From Phoronis australis (lineage: Eukaryota; Animalia; Phoronida): 64,000 bases of DNA. Under the pieces are notes generated by a model, which did not search any database, had not been told where the DNA came from, and was given only the letters and a program-made list of their open reading frames with translations. The position numbers and the translations under genes are program-made. The stretch is from positions 432,423 through 496,422 of the forward strand of contig NMRA01000120.1 of assembly GCA_002633005.1 (NCBI GenBank), given 5' to 3'. Shown one piece after another: positions 24,601 through 37,150 of this stretch (position 1 is the first letter of the stretch; every line of letters begins with the position of its first letter).

Positions 24601-27206
24601 TAGATCCCCCGGGCTCCAGAACCGCTAGTCCCAGACCACATTCATCTACTGGCGGATCTCGGACGTCGGAAGGTGAGGCCCAACCACAATCTTCGCTGGT
24701 GAACGGCTAGCCGGAGACGCTTTCTTTTTATTTTGGTAGTGCCTGAAAGGTGTCGCCCTACCCCAAATCCATCTGTGTTGCGAGCACAACTCAACTATCG
24801 CACAACCTTTCCTAATCACGTAAACAGTGAAGGCTGTCTTATGACAAGCATGAACATCGTAGAAAAATAAACTTTTACAACTGCAAGATGAATGGTGTTT
24901 ACGCCTCTGACAAACACTGTCCAGTGCAATCGTACCAACTTGAAAAATATCCGGTAGGAGTGTTATTTACGCAAAATGGTCACTGCGTTATGCAGGACCC
25001 TAGAAAATGGAGGGTCGGTAAATAATATCAGACGCGTCTGATGGAATTCATTTGAAACTTTCAGATGCCATTCTTTATGAATTGCTCTTTAAAACGCTGA
25101 TATGAATTGTTTTTTAATGTTCCGCTGTTGCGTGATATGCTCTAAAAAATTAGGGCTTTTATTTTCATAAAAAATCAAAATTTGCATAAAATGAAATCAA
25201 AATGAAAATATAAAACGCCGTAACAGCATTTCTGATATTTATATCCACAATTATATCAACATTTATATCAAACGAAATTTACGCATTTTCATGCCGTAGT
25301 TTTCCTATAGTGAAAGTAGATATTTAGCATAATACAGAGACTTTCAGACATTGGACTACTGACTGGGAAACAAAAATAATATACTTTAAGAGTGATCGGA
25401 TTTAGCTGAGCAATGGTCAATTTACTAGCAGAGTAAATGAGTACTTGGAAATTGGAATGGCAGTTGTAGTACGAGATAGATTACAATGGTAAAGAAATAT
25501 TTCTGTTTCGTCCCTAGGTGAAAATTTCAAAAACTTATGATGCCTCATCAAGCAGTTTAGCCCGTCCGTTTCATTTCAATTCCCCAAAACGCTAACGACA
25601 CCCTTTCCTCTAACAAACCACGCCTTTGGTAATTAGCCAGGCCAATATTTATTGTGAATCATCCTATTGGACGTGTTGAGTAGCTCTGTTATATCTCTTT
25701 CGGGGAAATCTGGCTTTAAATGTCAATTAAAGCAACACCTAACTGATAAAACCTGATTGCATTAATAAGTAAAAGTGTTTTGGTCGCTCGACTTTCAACT
25801 CAAATCCGCGTAAAGTGTTCAACCTAATCGCTGCCATAAATCTGTTACAAGCAACCTTGGCGGTCCAACTATCAATTATGGACAGCTATTTACAGGAAAC
25901 CATTATTCCCATCAGTTTATTTTCCTCGGCATCAATCGTTCAATAGACACGCGATTGAATTAAGTGAATTAGCCATATCGTTACATAACATCCTTGAAGG
26001 CAACGATGAAATCCTGACATTGCAACACCGTGGATACCAGAGGTTTTAGACACCCTGCCTACGGGTCTACGGTTAGACGGGAGTGATGCCAACTAACCAG
26101 CATGTACAGTTTATATAGGTTTGTTTTTGGCTTAAGAACCAAAATAAAAAGGACGAGTTGGTTATGGTTTCAGATTTTGTTATGAAATGGTGAGGGTTCC
26201 ATGCAAATTACTTTTTGTTTAAACCACTCTTCTCTTCACTCTTTGACGTGTAAAATAATTTCAATTATAAATTCCACGGAATCGGTTCCGACCCTGACAT
26301 TTTTAGTGTACGTCAGGCATAAAAGTGATCGTCAGTTGGGCCAATACAAGGCTGCAGCATCGTTGTGAGGCTTTGTCGGGCGATTCTCAAAAATTGGTTT
26401 ATTTAGCTGACAAGGCTCTGACTTCATTTTGAAATGACATCTTTGAATAGTTTGTAGGGTGAACAGCAAAAATCGGCTTAACAACGTAGTGACGTTATTT
26501 TGTTCCAAAAAAATTTCGAACAGTTTTTCGGGCCGTGAATAGCAAAATTAGAATATTTGTTTACTCAAAGGGGTGTAAATAATGTAGAACAATGAGAACG
26601 ATCAATGTATTGTCAGGTTAATGGCAGACTTGTCGGTTTATTTATGGCAGACTTGTCGGTTTAGCAGCAAAATCGGCTTATTTGGCTGACTTGCGGGCAA
26701 ATACCATCAGCCAGCTAAAACTGCTGTGAAAGAAAAAAGGTAAGTAGACGATGAGAAAAAACTGCGTGACAAAAGAATGCTATAGAGCGGTTCAACTGTA
26801 AACGTTTTGATAAATTTAATTTAAGTTCGGTTTATCCTCGACAAAAAAGTTTTCGGTGTATGGGCTGCGAGCCTGGCGTCCGCAGTACGATTTGTTGAGT
26901 AGGAACCATGACTGAAGGCAATCCAAGCTTTCTCAATCTGCAGGAGCTACTGGTTTATCTGTAGCGCAGAAATAATTTCTAACCCGAGCAACAAGATCCT
27001 TTTTGTATCGGCATAGTAATATTTTTCAGTGACATTGCCGAAAATCGCTGAGTGTTGGTTGGATCTAGGCTAAAGTCAAGAGCGGACTGCCTCATTTTGC
27101 CACTGACATCTGGGCACGATTAACGACAAAATATGTTTATTCCTCAGGAATGCAATTTTCTGATCATTTCTTGGAACACAACAGTCAAATACTGTGTAAT
27201 ATCCAA

Positions 27207-27360
27207 TGTCAGATGGTGGGGGAAGGGTGCCAGTCCCCCCCCCTAATATTCTCCCACATTCCGTATTGTAGTTCGGGGTATGCGAATGTCTGACGGTCAA
27301 AATCCTAGGTAATACTCTGCCCTGGCCCCCTAACTCAAAATCCTGGATCCGGCACCCCTG
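27207..27360. mobile_element. Short GC-ended MITE family A copy
   Basis: Shares gcgaatgtctgacgg and aactcaaaatcctggatccg with copies at 28852, 33613, 34046 and 51564. Confidence 0.7.
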
Positions 27361-28851
27361 ATGCCAGATCGACTAGCGACACTGTCCCTCGGTGGTGCAT
27401 GAGGCATACATTTGCTGCGTACGCCGGCTACTAGCGTGTATAAACGCACGCAATAGAAATGGACTCGTCGACTAGAAACGAAAATATCAAGGTTTTAAAC
27501 TATGTCAGATCCGAAATATGTGGGTTGTTCTATGAGCATTAGCACGTCAATTGTCTTTTATTAATGATTTCTAATTGATGACCTGTAAACACTTTTGTAA
27601 ACTTTCTCCAAACTACAAAGCCTGTTTGGTGTTAGTCATTCATCGCAAAATGACAAAAGTATGAATGAAAGTTCTGTTGTTTACTCTTGGTGTCGACAAG
27701 CGGATCTCTAACGACACTGAGTGAAAGGCGAAAGCGGCACCTCTGACATCTAGAGTGAACCACCTGCGTTGCAGCTTGGCTTGTTGACCAGCGAAATAAA
27801 TTGGACAAGATTATGACTGCACATGGATGGCTAGTCGTCTCGGCGGTGTCGGGAATGCAGTGTAAACTGAAGTTAGGAACAGTGGCCCCTAGGCTGAAGG
27901 GACGAACTAGTTATGTTTTCACTCCCTCAACATTCTTAATGTCAGTTAATCACGGGTTTTCTGGTGCTCAACAATTTTCTAGGACAGGGGATTTGCCTGG
28001 TGTCAAACGACTGAATTTTTGACGGGGTGTTACCAGAAATTCCAGGGATTCTCGCCTATTTAAAGTGTGGAGTCCGACGAAAAAGGGACCGAGTTATATG
28101 GAGTTTCCATGTAAAAGTCGCCCTTTCCGCAGCCACAGTTTGTTCCACAAACCTCCCGTAAACTTCCACTGGCAGGGATTCTTGGACCTGAGTGAATTTC
28201 CATTCACCTAGAAGCCTGAATGAAATAATACATGAGGTGATATCGTTATGTAACAAATATGTACATTTTGAAACCAAAGTTTTATGAATATACATGGGCG
28301 GCGCAACACTGGAAAAAGTGGGGGACTATAGCCCCTAGACCCCTATGGTGCGCGCCCATGAATAGATTCCGTTAAATTCAATGCTGTAGCGAGTATTCAA
28401 TGAGGGAAACGGAAATTCAGCGTTGGCCGATAGCGGTGGCGGAGAAGGGGCTGGGGAGGGTGAAATGTGTGGATTTTGTGGACACTTTGCAATGAACAAG
28501 TAGAACAAACGCAAAATTGAAATTAGTTTCTCCCGGGGAGAGCTTTTTGGTAATGAGGAGGGAGGCCATGGCCACGTTGTGCCCCACTGCTCCTCCTGTA
28601 TTTACGCTCGGCTGAGTGATCGGTAAAAATCCTTCACTTGATTTGTGCAAATGATTGGAAAAAACAGCCTTTTGTGGCGTTTCAAATTTTCAAAGTAACT
28701 GAAATATTTTGCAAGGGATTAACTTGTAGGCAAACTAATTGTAAGAAGTTCCCCATCTGAGTGGCAGTACGTTTCGTGTACTCTTATAAGTATGGCCGAG
28801 AATATTTCAGTACCAGGTAGTCGCTGACTTGTCTCATTCCACCTCCCCACC

Positions 28852-28997
28852 CAGTGGCGGATTCAGAGGGGGCCACAATTCTCCCATATTCCATTTAGCT
28901 GTTCGGGGCTGCGAATGTCTGACGGGATGAAAATCATGGCTAATATTCTTCCCTGCCCCCTCCCCCAACTCAAAAATCTTGTACTCCGCCGGCCCTG
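28852..28997. mobile_element. Short GC-ended MITE family A copy
   Basis: cagtggcggattc...ccctg termini and the shared gcgaatgtctgacgg core. Confidence 0.75.
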
Positions 28998-30859
28998 CCT
29001 TCCCCTCCGGAACCTCGTTGTTTCACTTTTACACATTTACACGAGTCACAGTCCCGTCAGTTCGCAACAGGTTCTGGATGCTCGGACTTCCATCCAACCT
29101 AGACACCCACACCGATTTTGCCCCACAAATCAAAGTTAATTGCCTCCCTCTGCCTCTACCCGCTCTGCTCCTCTCTTTCCATGAGGCACGATCTTGTTAT
29201 TCGACCATTATTTGTTTCTGAATTCATTTCACGTAATTTTTATATTTTTTAATGCCAGGACTGTTTCTAGCAACTGACCCAACTACGCAGTGATGACATA
29301 TTCATGAGGGTACACTTGCGATACTAGAAATTGTCCTCTTTGTAACGATTAAAGATGCCCCCTCCCCCTCACCAACACACAAGCCACATTACAGGTCACC
29401 TTGGAATGTTCGCTGATCCTCGTCAATTGAAACCCAAACCACGCCAGCTTGCGCTTATCAACGATTGAGTGAATTATTCGGACTCAGTTTACAAACCCAG
29501 AATATCTTGGTGTCAGGCAATGCATTATTACGTAATGATTCGACAGAGATCTTCCACTAGTTGTTGTGGCAACGGTAATGTGATCTCAAAGCCGAACTGA
29601 GGCTACTTGCAGTGAATTCATGTCAAAATTTGCAAGACTCTTTTGTTAGCCTGCTGTCCGAGTCAATGCGTATGGAGCCTGTGATGGTTGACGGTACGAT
29701 CATTTGGCAAGCCGGCAATTAAATAAACCCGCGCTTTTATTCCGCCACCAGCAACTTTTGAATTGGATCAACTCTCTATCTGTAATAAATAGGTCTTGTT
29801 CCTTAACATTGAACTTTATTTTTAGGCTTGAAAAGACCTGCAAGGTAATTATTGCGTCAAACCAGGCTCATTTCTGACATGCGCGCTATTTTTTTTCGTC
29901 CCGAGGACTGATTTTCCTGACGAACATGTTTTTTCATAAGTGCGGAAATTTTCCGAAAAGCGGTTCATGAACGACAGTAGTAACTGGGGTGCGTGAAGCA
30001 AACTAAAGCTCGTCGCCTAAGAAAAGAATTACATTGATCATCGCGTGGTGAGTTAGGGAACAAAACTAATATCACGGAGTAAGATACTGAGCGAGGCCAA
30101 CGTTCGTTACAATCCACTGACACGTTTTTAATCAGGCCAGACGCTTTGTTTACTTGTAGAATCCCGAGCTGTCAACATCGCACTAAAAGGCCATTTACCG
30201 TTACAGACACACCAACCAATCTTTTACTACAGTTGGCAGTCATAATCCGAATAAGGGTAGCAGTTTTAAAGAGGTGCAAGACAAGTCAATTAATACACAT
30301 TTCATAAAATGAAAATGTGTAAGCATTTCGAACATTTCGCAATAATGTTTACAGGCTTGTTGAATCTTGTGGCTTTTTAGTGTTTATTTATACTTTGAAA
30401 GTAATTTCCGGGAAGTTACATTGGTTTCCCCGAAGGCTGAAATTGAAATTTCGGCTGAAACTTTTCGCGGGGTGACGTGCCTTTATAATTATTTCAGATT
30501 TCCGAAGAAAATGGTCGTATGCATATTTTAGTCTCTGCTTTTAACCAGTCCGCTGATTTAAATGGACTCCCAGAGAAACATTCTCCAATACGAGGACACG
30601 AAATTGGAGGCCCTCATTCACAAAATGGCAAGGGTGTTTAAGATATTTTACGTTTGTTACCTCAGGGAGCCTCATGTTCACTTGTTTCATAGCTGTTGGT
30701 AGGCTGAACGAGATTTGCATATCACGTGACTCACATTTGTGCATGAACTTTTGTGTGCGCTGAATTGTTTTCTACACACTTGGGTGGGCAATGTACATTA
30801 GACTTTAGAGAGGAGAGGGTGTGAGCTGCAATATTGAGAACCGAAATAGAGAAGACTTG

Positions 30860-31133
30860 CATGCGCGCACCCAGCCTTCAATATGTGGGGAGGGGCTCGA
30901 ATTCCTGACGTTGTGGACCTTTTGCTAACAAAAGAGAGGGCGGACTAAAAAAATAATAATAAAAAACGGACCACCACTGTGAATTGCGTGTTTGCCTTCG
31001 TTTAGGGGACTTTTGCTCCATTTTCTGGGACTTTTTGTGTCTCAGAGGCGAACCTTTTTGCCCACTACGTATGCCAAATGGGGGGGGGGGCTCGTTCAAG
31101 CCCTCGGAGCCCCCCCTCCCGGGTGCGCGCATG
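30860..31133. mobile_element. MITE family B (catgcgcgcaccc TIR) with 5-bp TSD ACTTG
   Basis: acttg|catgcgcgcaccc...gggtgcgcgcatg|acttg. An inverted homolog lies at 49700-49961. Confidence 0.9.
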
Positions 31134-32164
31134 ACTTGTAAGAAATTTTTACTGTGAAATGTTTCGAGTAACTTAATAAAGCATTATTAAATCCAACTCC
31201 TCTTGACTTGCCGACATTCACAGGGTGTGTCACTACAACAACAAAAATTGCTAACGCTCGATTATGCATTTAGTTTGCATCGCACAAAATTCGCCCCCAC
31301 CTCGTAGGTCACACTGACAGCAGCCCCCGGAAAGGTTTGTGGAAAAGCGGAGGGGGGGGGGGTACGTAAATTTGGCGACCATTGATGAAGACCGGGCTGT
31401 CTGATACTCATGAACAGTTTACTTTGTGAAAGAATCCAATGCAATACTTTGTGTAACGTAGGCCTGCAACGTACATAGTACGCCTTTGGCGAAATGTCCC
31501 ACTTTTTTAAAAAGTTCCCGCCATCCCGCCACACCATCTCCCACCTAATGACACGCACCGAATATTGTCATACAATGTTTTAATTTCCATTTTCATGTTT
31601 GACTAAAAAGTAGCAAACCGGACGTTTCCTGTTTTTTTCTGCGCCGTCGGGCGCTACGTCTCCCGTACGATAAAAACGCTGTCGAGACATTTTTATTTGT
31701 TGCGGCGTAAATTTCACCCTTGCGTTTGGTCAAAGACCCACATGCCCCGCTTTTTGTGCGGAAGACTGGCTTTTCAATCCAGTTGTCCCGTTCTTTCATT
31801 CTCGTATATTAACTGTGATATTTGAGCATCAGGTGGTCAAAATAACATTGTCTCTATTACGAATGTATTTATTTTCCACAGTTCATTTTCTTTAGTAATA
31901 GCGTGCAAAAGGGGGCGGGAGGGGGGGGGGGTAGCGACGACCCCATCNATCGGGGGGACATCCACATCGAGGGGACATCCAATCACCGTGAATTAACGTT
32001 TTGAAATTGTGCCTAATTCAGTTGCATTGATTTTTTATTTTACGTTTCATATTTCTGTTTTTTACTTTCCTTCTTACCCAGGTCCATGCATTCGAGTAGA
32101 CGGTTATCCAATAAAAATCGCCCCGAGCATCTTTAAACCTCTGAGCGCTGCGTTCCAATAATTA

Positions 32165-33576
32165 CCGTATTCGCCGTAATAACCGCCCATGCCCCTATAA
32201 GCGCCCCCACGCGTTTTCAGACTTTGCTGATATAAGCGCCCAGTCCATGAACGTGTACATGCAAACAATGACGTACCATCATTCCTAAAACTCGGCTACA
32301 GTAACGTCTTCCAATTTATCAAAAAAGTTTTGCACGGGTCTTCTAGACCACCAGCAGTATTGCTACGTTTGTATTTAGCCGTGAGTATACACTTCAAAGT
32401 AACGCAGCGCTTCAAAAAGAACACAACAGCGTTGCTACTTTTGCGACGACCGTGTCCCACTATGGTCTGACCTTTCAGTAGACACATCGACTGTCTCATG
32501 AATAAAAATAACTTGGTGTTAAACGCACGTGGCCAGGAAGCGCGCGCTACATATATGAACCTGTCATCTAAGACATTAGTCGGGAACTATCCATTCATGA
32601 AACGGGTAGCATAGCATCGATAAGAAATGAATATTGGCCCTAATTTCCGACAATTTCTAATACTATAAAACATGTTTGCGTTATTTTTAGATGGATTGTT
32701 TGATTAACCATAATTGGTGTTTTTAAGCCGAATATCCGATAAAATGACAACTGACAGTGAATGCTTACACACCCTTACACCGAAAAATAACTGTCAGATA
32801 GTTATGTACGCATCCAGCTCACGGCGACTAATGTGGGCCTTACCGAAACAAATGTCGAACGTTTTTAGCACGAGACCGGCAAGTGCTGAATGAAACACGC
32901 TCTGGTTTAGGCCTACTACTTTTGCAAATTTCTTTAGACACAATGCACATCAAGCTCGTTAGATTGCGTGGCTCTGGCCAAAAGATGGTCTCTGCTTTGG
33001 CAAATGAACTCTGGTGACACGCACGCGCTCGCTTACTCGCAGACGAACTTCAAAACAAACGTCACGTGACAACAACGTGTGTGTTCGTCCATACATTTTC
33101 TCGCCGTGTTGCCGATCATACACGATGCCACGATGTTGCACAGATTTGTACTTAAACCTGCTGTTAATCCAGGCTCCACGGGAACTTAAAAAAATCTTAG
33201 GGACGCTACTTAGAAAACTTAATGAGGATTTCAGGTAATTTTGCTCGAGTCTAAACTATTTTTATTCAAGCATTGAAGTCGCCATATCGAAGACGGCGAT
33301 TTCGAGGCAGTCAGTCGGCGAGTTGCCGCCCTGGGATTTCAGCTCAATTTTCTGTAAAATGATCGTAATTTAGCAGCTAAGTTTGATGCAATGCACCACA
33401 GTTTTGTTGGAAGTCTTTCATAGATTACAGATACGTCAAAGAGCGTAAATTTGATGAATCTTAGCTTCCGATTTCACCCGTTTCGGAGACCGGGTTTCAA
33501 CCGCCTTGGGTTATAATAAGCGCCCCCTGAACCGAACTTTTCTAAGCGCCCTGGGCGGTTATTACGGCCAATACGG
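32165..33576. mobile_element. pogo/Tigger-like non-autonomous element with TA TSD
   Basis: TA|ccgtattcgccgtaataaccgccca...tgggcggttattacggccaatacgg|TA (24 of 25 TIR match) with subterminal taagcgccc repeats. No transposase ORF. Confidence 0.9.
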
Positions 33577-33612
33577 TAGTTTATCGCAATTTAGGTTAAT
33601 GTCAATGCATTC

Positions 33613-33769
33613 CAGGGGCGAATCCAGGATTTCGAGTTGGGGGGGGGGGGCGGGGCAGAGTTGTATTAGCCACGATTTTGCCGTCAGACATTCGCACCCC
33701 CGAATTTCCAAATGGAATCTGAGAGAATTTTAGGGTGGACCATGCCCCCCCCCCTTAAGTCCGCCACTG
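33613..33769. mobile_element. Short GC-ended MITE family A copy
   Basis: caggggcgaatccagg...gtccgccactg with the gtcagacattcgcacccc core. Confidence 0.8.
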
Positions 33770-34045
33770 TATCCTGTAAGTCAACTGAAGATGCAATTGT
33801 ATTGAACGACACCAATAAGTGGTAGAAACAGGATGGGTTCAGGCAGAGAAGTCAATGAGCCTTGCACATTCAAATAACTCGGTTTCGGACTCAATTTCAC
33901 ATGTTAAGCTGGCTTAAATGAGTTACCGGGTAGGTTTTACTCATAAAATCTATCCTCGCTGGTTTCCTGCGAGCCGTTAGGTGGTCGGTAGCCAGCAAGG
34001 CACGTAGGGAACCAGGGAGAAAATTGATCAAGTTATGTTCCTTAT

Positions 34046-34341
34046 CAGGGGCGGATCCAGGATTTTGAGTTGGGGGGCAGGGCACATGACTAACCAGAAT
34101 TTCGCCTCATGCGCGCACCCAGCCCAAAATGTAGGGGTACCAAATTTTAGGGTTTGTTGACCTTATTACTAAGAAAAAAATGTAAATGGGGTTTGTTCAA
34201 GGCCTATGCAGTGCACATTCGTTCCCGGAGCCCCCCTGGGTGCGCACATATGCTAGTCAGCAATTCGCACCCCAACTGCCAATTGATATCTGGGAAAATT
34301 TTTGGGGGCAGGTCCCCTTACCCCTCCTAAATCCGCCACTG
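34046..34341. mobile_element. MITE family A copy with a nested family B-like MITE (about 34108-34252)
   Basis: caggggcggatccagg...aatccgccactg flanked by cttat/cttac. Internal catgcgcgcacccagc...gggtgcgcacatatg. Confidence 0.75.
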
Positions 34342-35960
34342 CTTACCGTGTTAGGGTTCCGTTTCCATTACCAAAACATACCATAGGACACTCAAGATAA
34401 CGCTAGAGTTTATTGGGGACGACTCACCCTAAATTTGCCAATTGTAACAAGGCACATCATTGCCTATAGGTACGGAAGTGTAATCCTATCCCAGTAAGAC
34501 ATATACATAGTCTAGAGGAATATTATGCACCAGGCGATCGCTGGAGTGAATGGCCTACTTCGATTTATGATCGTAAGTCGAGAGGATGATTCCAGGAGTG
34601 AAGGGCTTACCGGGTACTTAAGACTTTCTTAGCCCGCTAAATGAAAGAGAATCATACCACTGTGACCACTAATAATTATGGACCCATTTTGGAGTATCGA
34701 CAGGAGGACTTAAATGTGATACACACGCTTACGAAAAATGTTAGGCAGAACCTTTTGGACAAATTTGTGTATCGAAACGCATACCTGAAAAACTGTACAT
34801 TGTATGATACACACCCTTGCCAATGTTAAGCATTATCTTATAAACAAATTAGGGTATGGAGCATACCTGGGAAACTAGATTGTAATAAAGGAAAAAGCGA
34901 TCTAGATTTTGAAATTAAAAAGCCTGAAACTTATTTTCAATTTTGCCAACCTGAAAATAATATGGTCATGTCTTGTAACTCCCAGCAAGACCAGAACAAT
35001 TAAAAAAACAATCGCATTAGAAAGTAGGGTTAGTGAAAAGTTTTATGTAAATGCCACCTGACAATATCAACGCACTAAGTTCGGATATAAACAAAAAATT
35101 TGAACACTTGAATGTAGTATCAATGCAATGTTTTCAATGTAACCTAAAAGGTTTTACAAAATAATACATATAACATCAGTCGAGCATGAGTGAATACTCC
35201 GAGGCAGTCCCAAAATTAATTATCGTTTCTCATCCTACCCAAATAGACCGAATATCCAGCTTCGTACTGAATGGCCAAACATTAAATTAACTTGTGTTTA
35301 AGCATTCTACTTACAAAATATGTACAAACAGGTTAAACCACACACGATTAATACTTTAAAACAGCATGCTAAAACATAAATCAATTTGCTCGTAAATCGT
35401 CCAGAATCAACCCAATAACTAATAAAATTGCCATTATTTGAATAAAACAGAGATTGAAATATAGGGAACAGAGACTACAATACAAGACGAACACAGTAAC
35501 GATATTAACACCTTCAATTAAAATTACATTAAAATAAATAAATACAGATTGGAATGCAGAATTGCAATTTAAGATCCGATACCACGATAAGCAATTCCGC
35601 CGTAAAACAACCATTCAAGGGTTTGCGTGTCCACAGCAACCACTGTCATGGTTACTCAAGTATTATGAATGATACAACGGTTCAAGCACGCAACCCTGCG
35701 TTAGTTCCGTCAACGCATGCCACTCGCGGATACTGCACAGCGACATCTCACAAATGTTAACGCGATTTTGCTTCTTCGCGCGTGCATACAGCCCACGCAA
35801 CTCGTATAAGGCAACAACTTAATATTAAAAGTTGTTCACACTTGAAATAAGGCACAAGTAGACGGGTACATCAATCCAGAAACGAAGATTACTACAAGTA
35901 AACGTGTGCATCGTTGAGCAGTCCGCTAACTGTATAAATGGAGGATACCCCAGGTTGACT

Positions 35961-36155
35961 TCAGTGACGCTCAAAAGACGACAACAAGGTGTTCGCCGGG
36001 AAGCGTGGCACCCACAGATTGAATGCTGCGTCTCTTCCAGAATTATCATTGAGCACAGGGCAATATTTACGAGTGTGGGCATTGTCACCGGTCGCGTTGC
36101 ATATCTCACAAACGTGGGCTCGCAGAATGGGACAGCGACATTTTCCGTCAGAGTC
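35961..36155 (-). CDS. nanos: nanos, coding exon 2
   Basis: Acceptor gtttcag. DSDGKCRCPILRAHVCEICNATGDNAHTRKYCP completes the tandem CCHC Nanos zinc fingers. TGA ends at 35961. The spliced product is about 205 aa. Confidence 0.95.
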   Translation of the reverse strand, partial: DSDGKCRCPILRAHVCEICNATGDNAHTRKYCPVLNDNSGRDAAFNLWVPRFPANTLLSSFERH

Positions 36156-36525
36156 CTGAAACACAAAAATTGAATTAATTATGTTAAGAACGTAAGGATA
36201 TGCATCCACATACATATGGGAAATTGAATTTTCCAAGAACGGAACAACAACACCACGGAGTTCTGAACACGATAACAAACTCATCAACAGTGATCGGCAC
36301 AGCAAACGCACAGCTCTTTACATTACGCAGTCGTTTCTTCAACGACACTACGATACACTGACCAACGTATACTAAAACAACCGCTCAACGCAATGCCGTA
36401 TTACTTAATTTACAAAGCGGTCCACTTTTAACTACGAAGCAATATAATACCCTATACTTGAAACATGGTTTACGTTCACTCAAACTTTCACATGCCCCCC
36501 AGCAAAAATTAAAACAAAGAGTTAC

Positions 36526-36948
36526 CTTCAACCGATGCGACTTGTACACCGTCTCTGTTTCACCATTATTCCTACAAAAAACGCATATAGTTTTCACCTT
36601 CTTACTTCTGCTGACGTCGACGTTTTTTTCAATCAAATCGGTAATAATTTCTTGCAGACGGCTTCTGTTCTTAGGTCGCTGTGGCACGATGGACGTGAAC
36701 GGTCTCAGACCTTTCGTTTGTTCTGCCAAGTCTTTCTGCATCTGTTTGATTTCCTCAAGAGCGCGCTGGCCGTCATGTTCCTCAATAACCACACCATTTT
36801 TATTGAACTCTTCCCGTGAAGAGTCTATGCGTTCTCGATCAGTGTCCAAACAGTTGGCAAACAAAGTCCCAACTTCCAAACCTAAACTGTTATCTGGGAA
36901 CAGCTGATAACCCCAGAATCGAGAGTAGTGGACACTGTCGACATTCAT
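36526..36948 (-). CDS. nanos: nanos, coding exon 1
   Basis: ATG at 36948 and 141 codons ending CVFCRNNGETETVYKSHRLK (start of the first CCHC finger). Donor GTAACT at 36525, phase 0. Confidence 0.93.
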
Positions 36949-37014
36949 CGTTGCAGTGGAAAGCTGTGGATGTGATGTCCACTTGCGTGCGATGACTTTT
37001 AACCTGTTGATTTC

Positions 37015-37150
37015 AGAAGGCGTGGCTTATTTCAAAGTCCATTCGCTTTCTTTAAAATAACTGGTTGCGCAAGCTACTGGTTACTGAGACCCGTCAATCA
37101 AAATCAATTTAGGTGGCCCAAGCTGCCAATCACACAGTACAACAATGAGA
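37015..37150 (-). promoter_or_regulatory. Putative nanos proximal promoter elements
   Basis: Sp/KLF-like GGCGTGGC at 37019-37026, CCAAT box at 37125-37132 and Sox-like AACAAT at 37141, all within 200 nt upstream of the ATG. These are motif matches only. Confidence 0.3.

Noticed and set aside
36458-36907. 149-aa + strand ORF, and other ORFs overlapping nanos or receptor exons
   Set aside because: Antisense or alternate-frame shadows of real exons.
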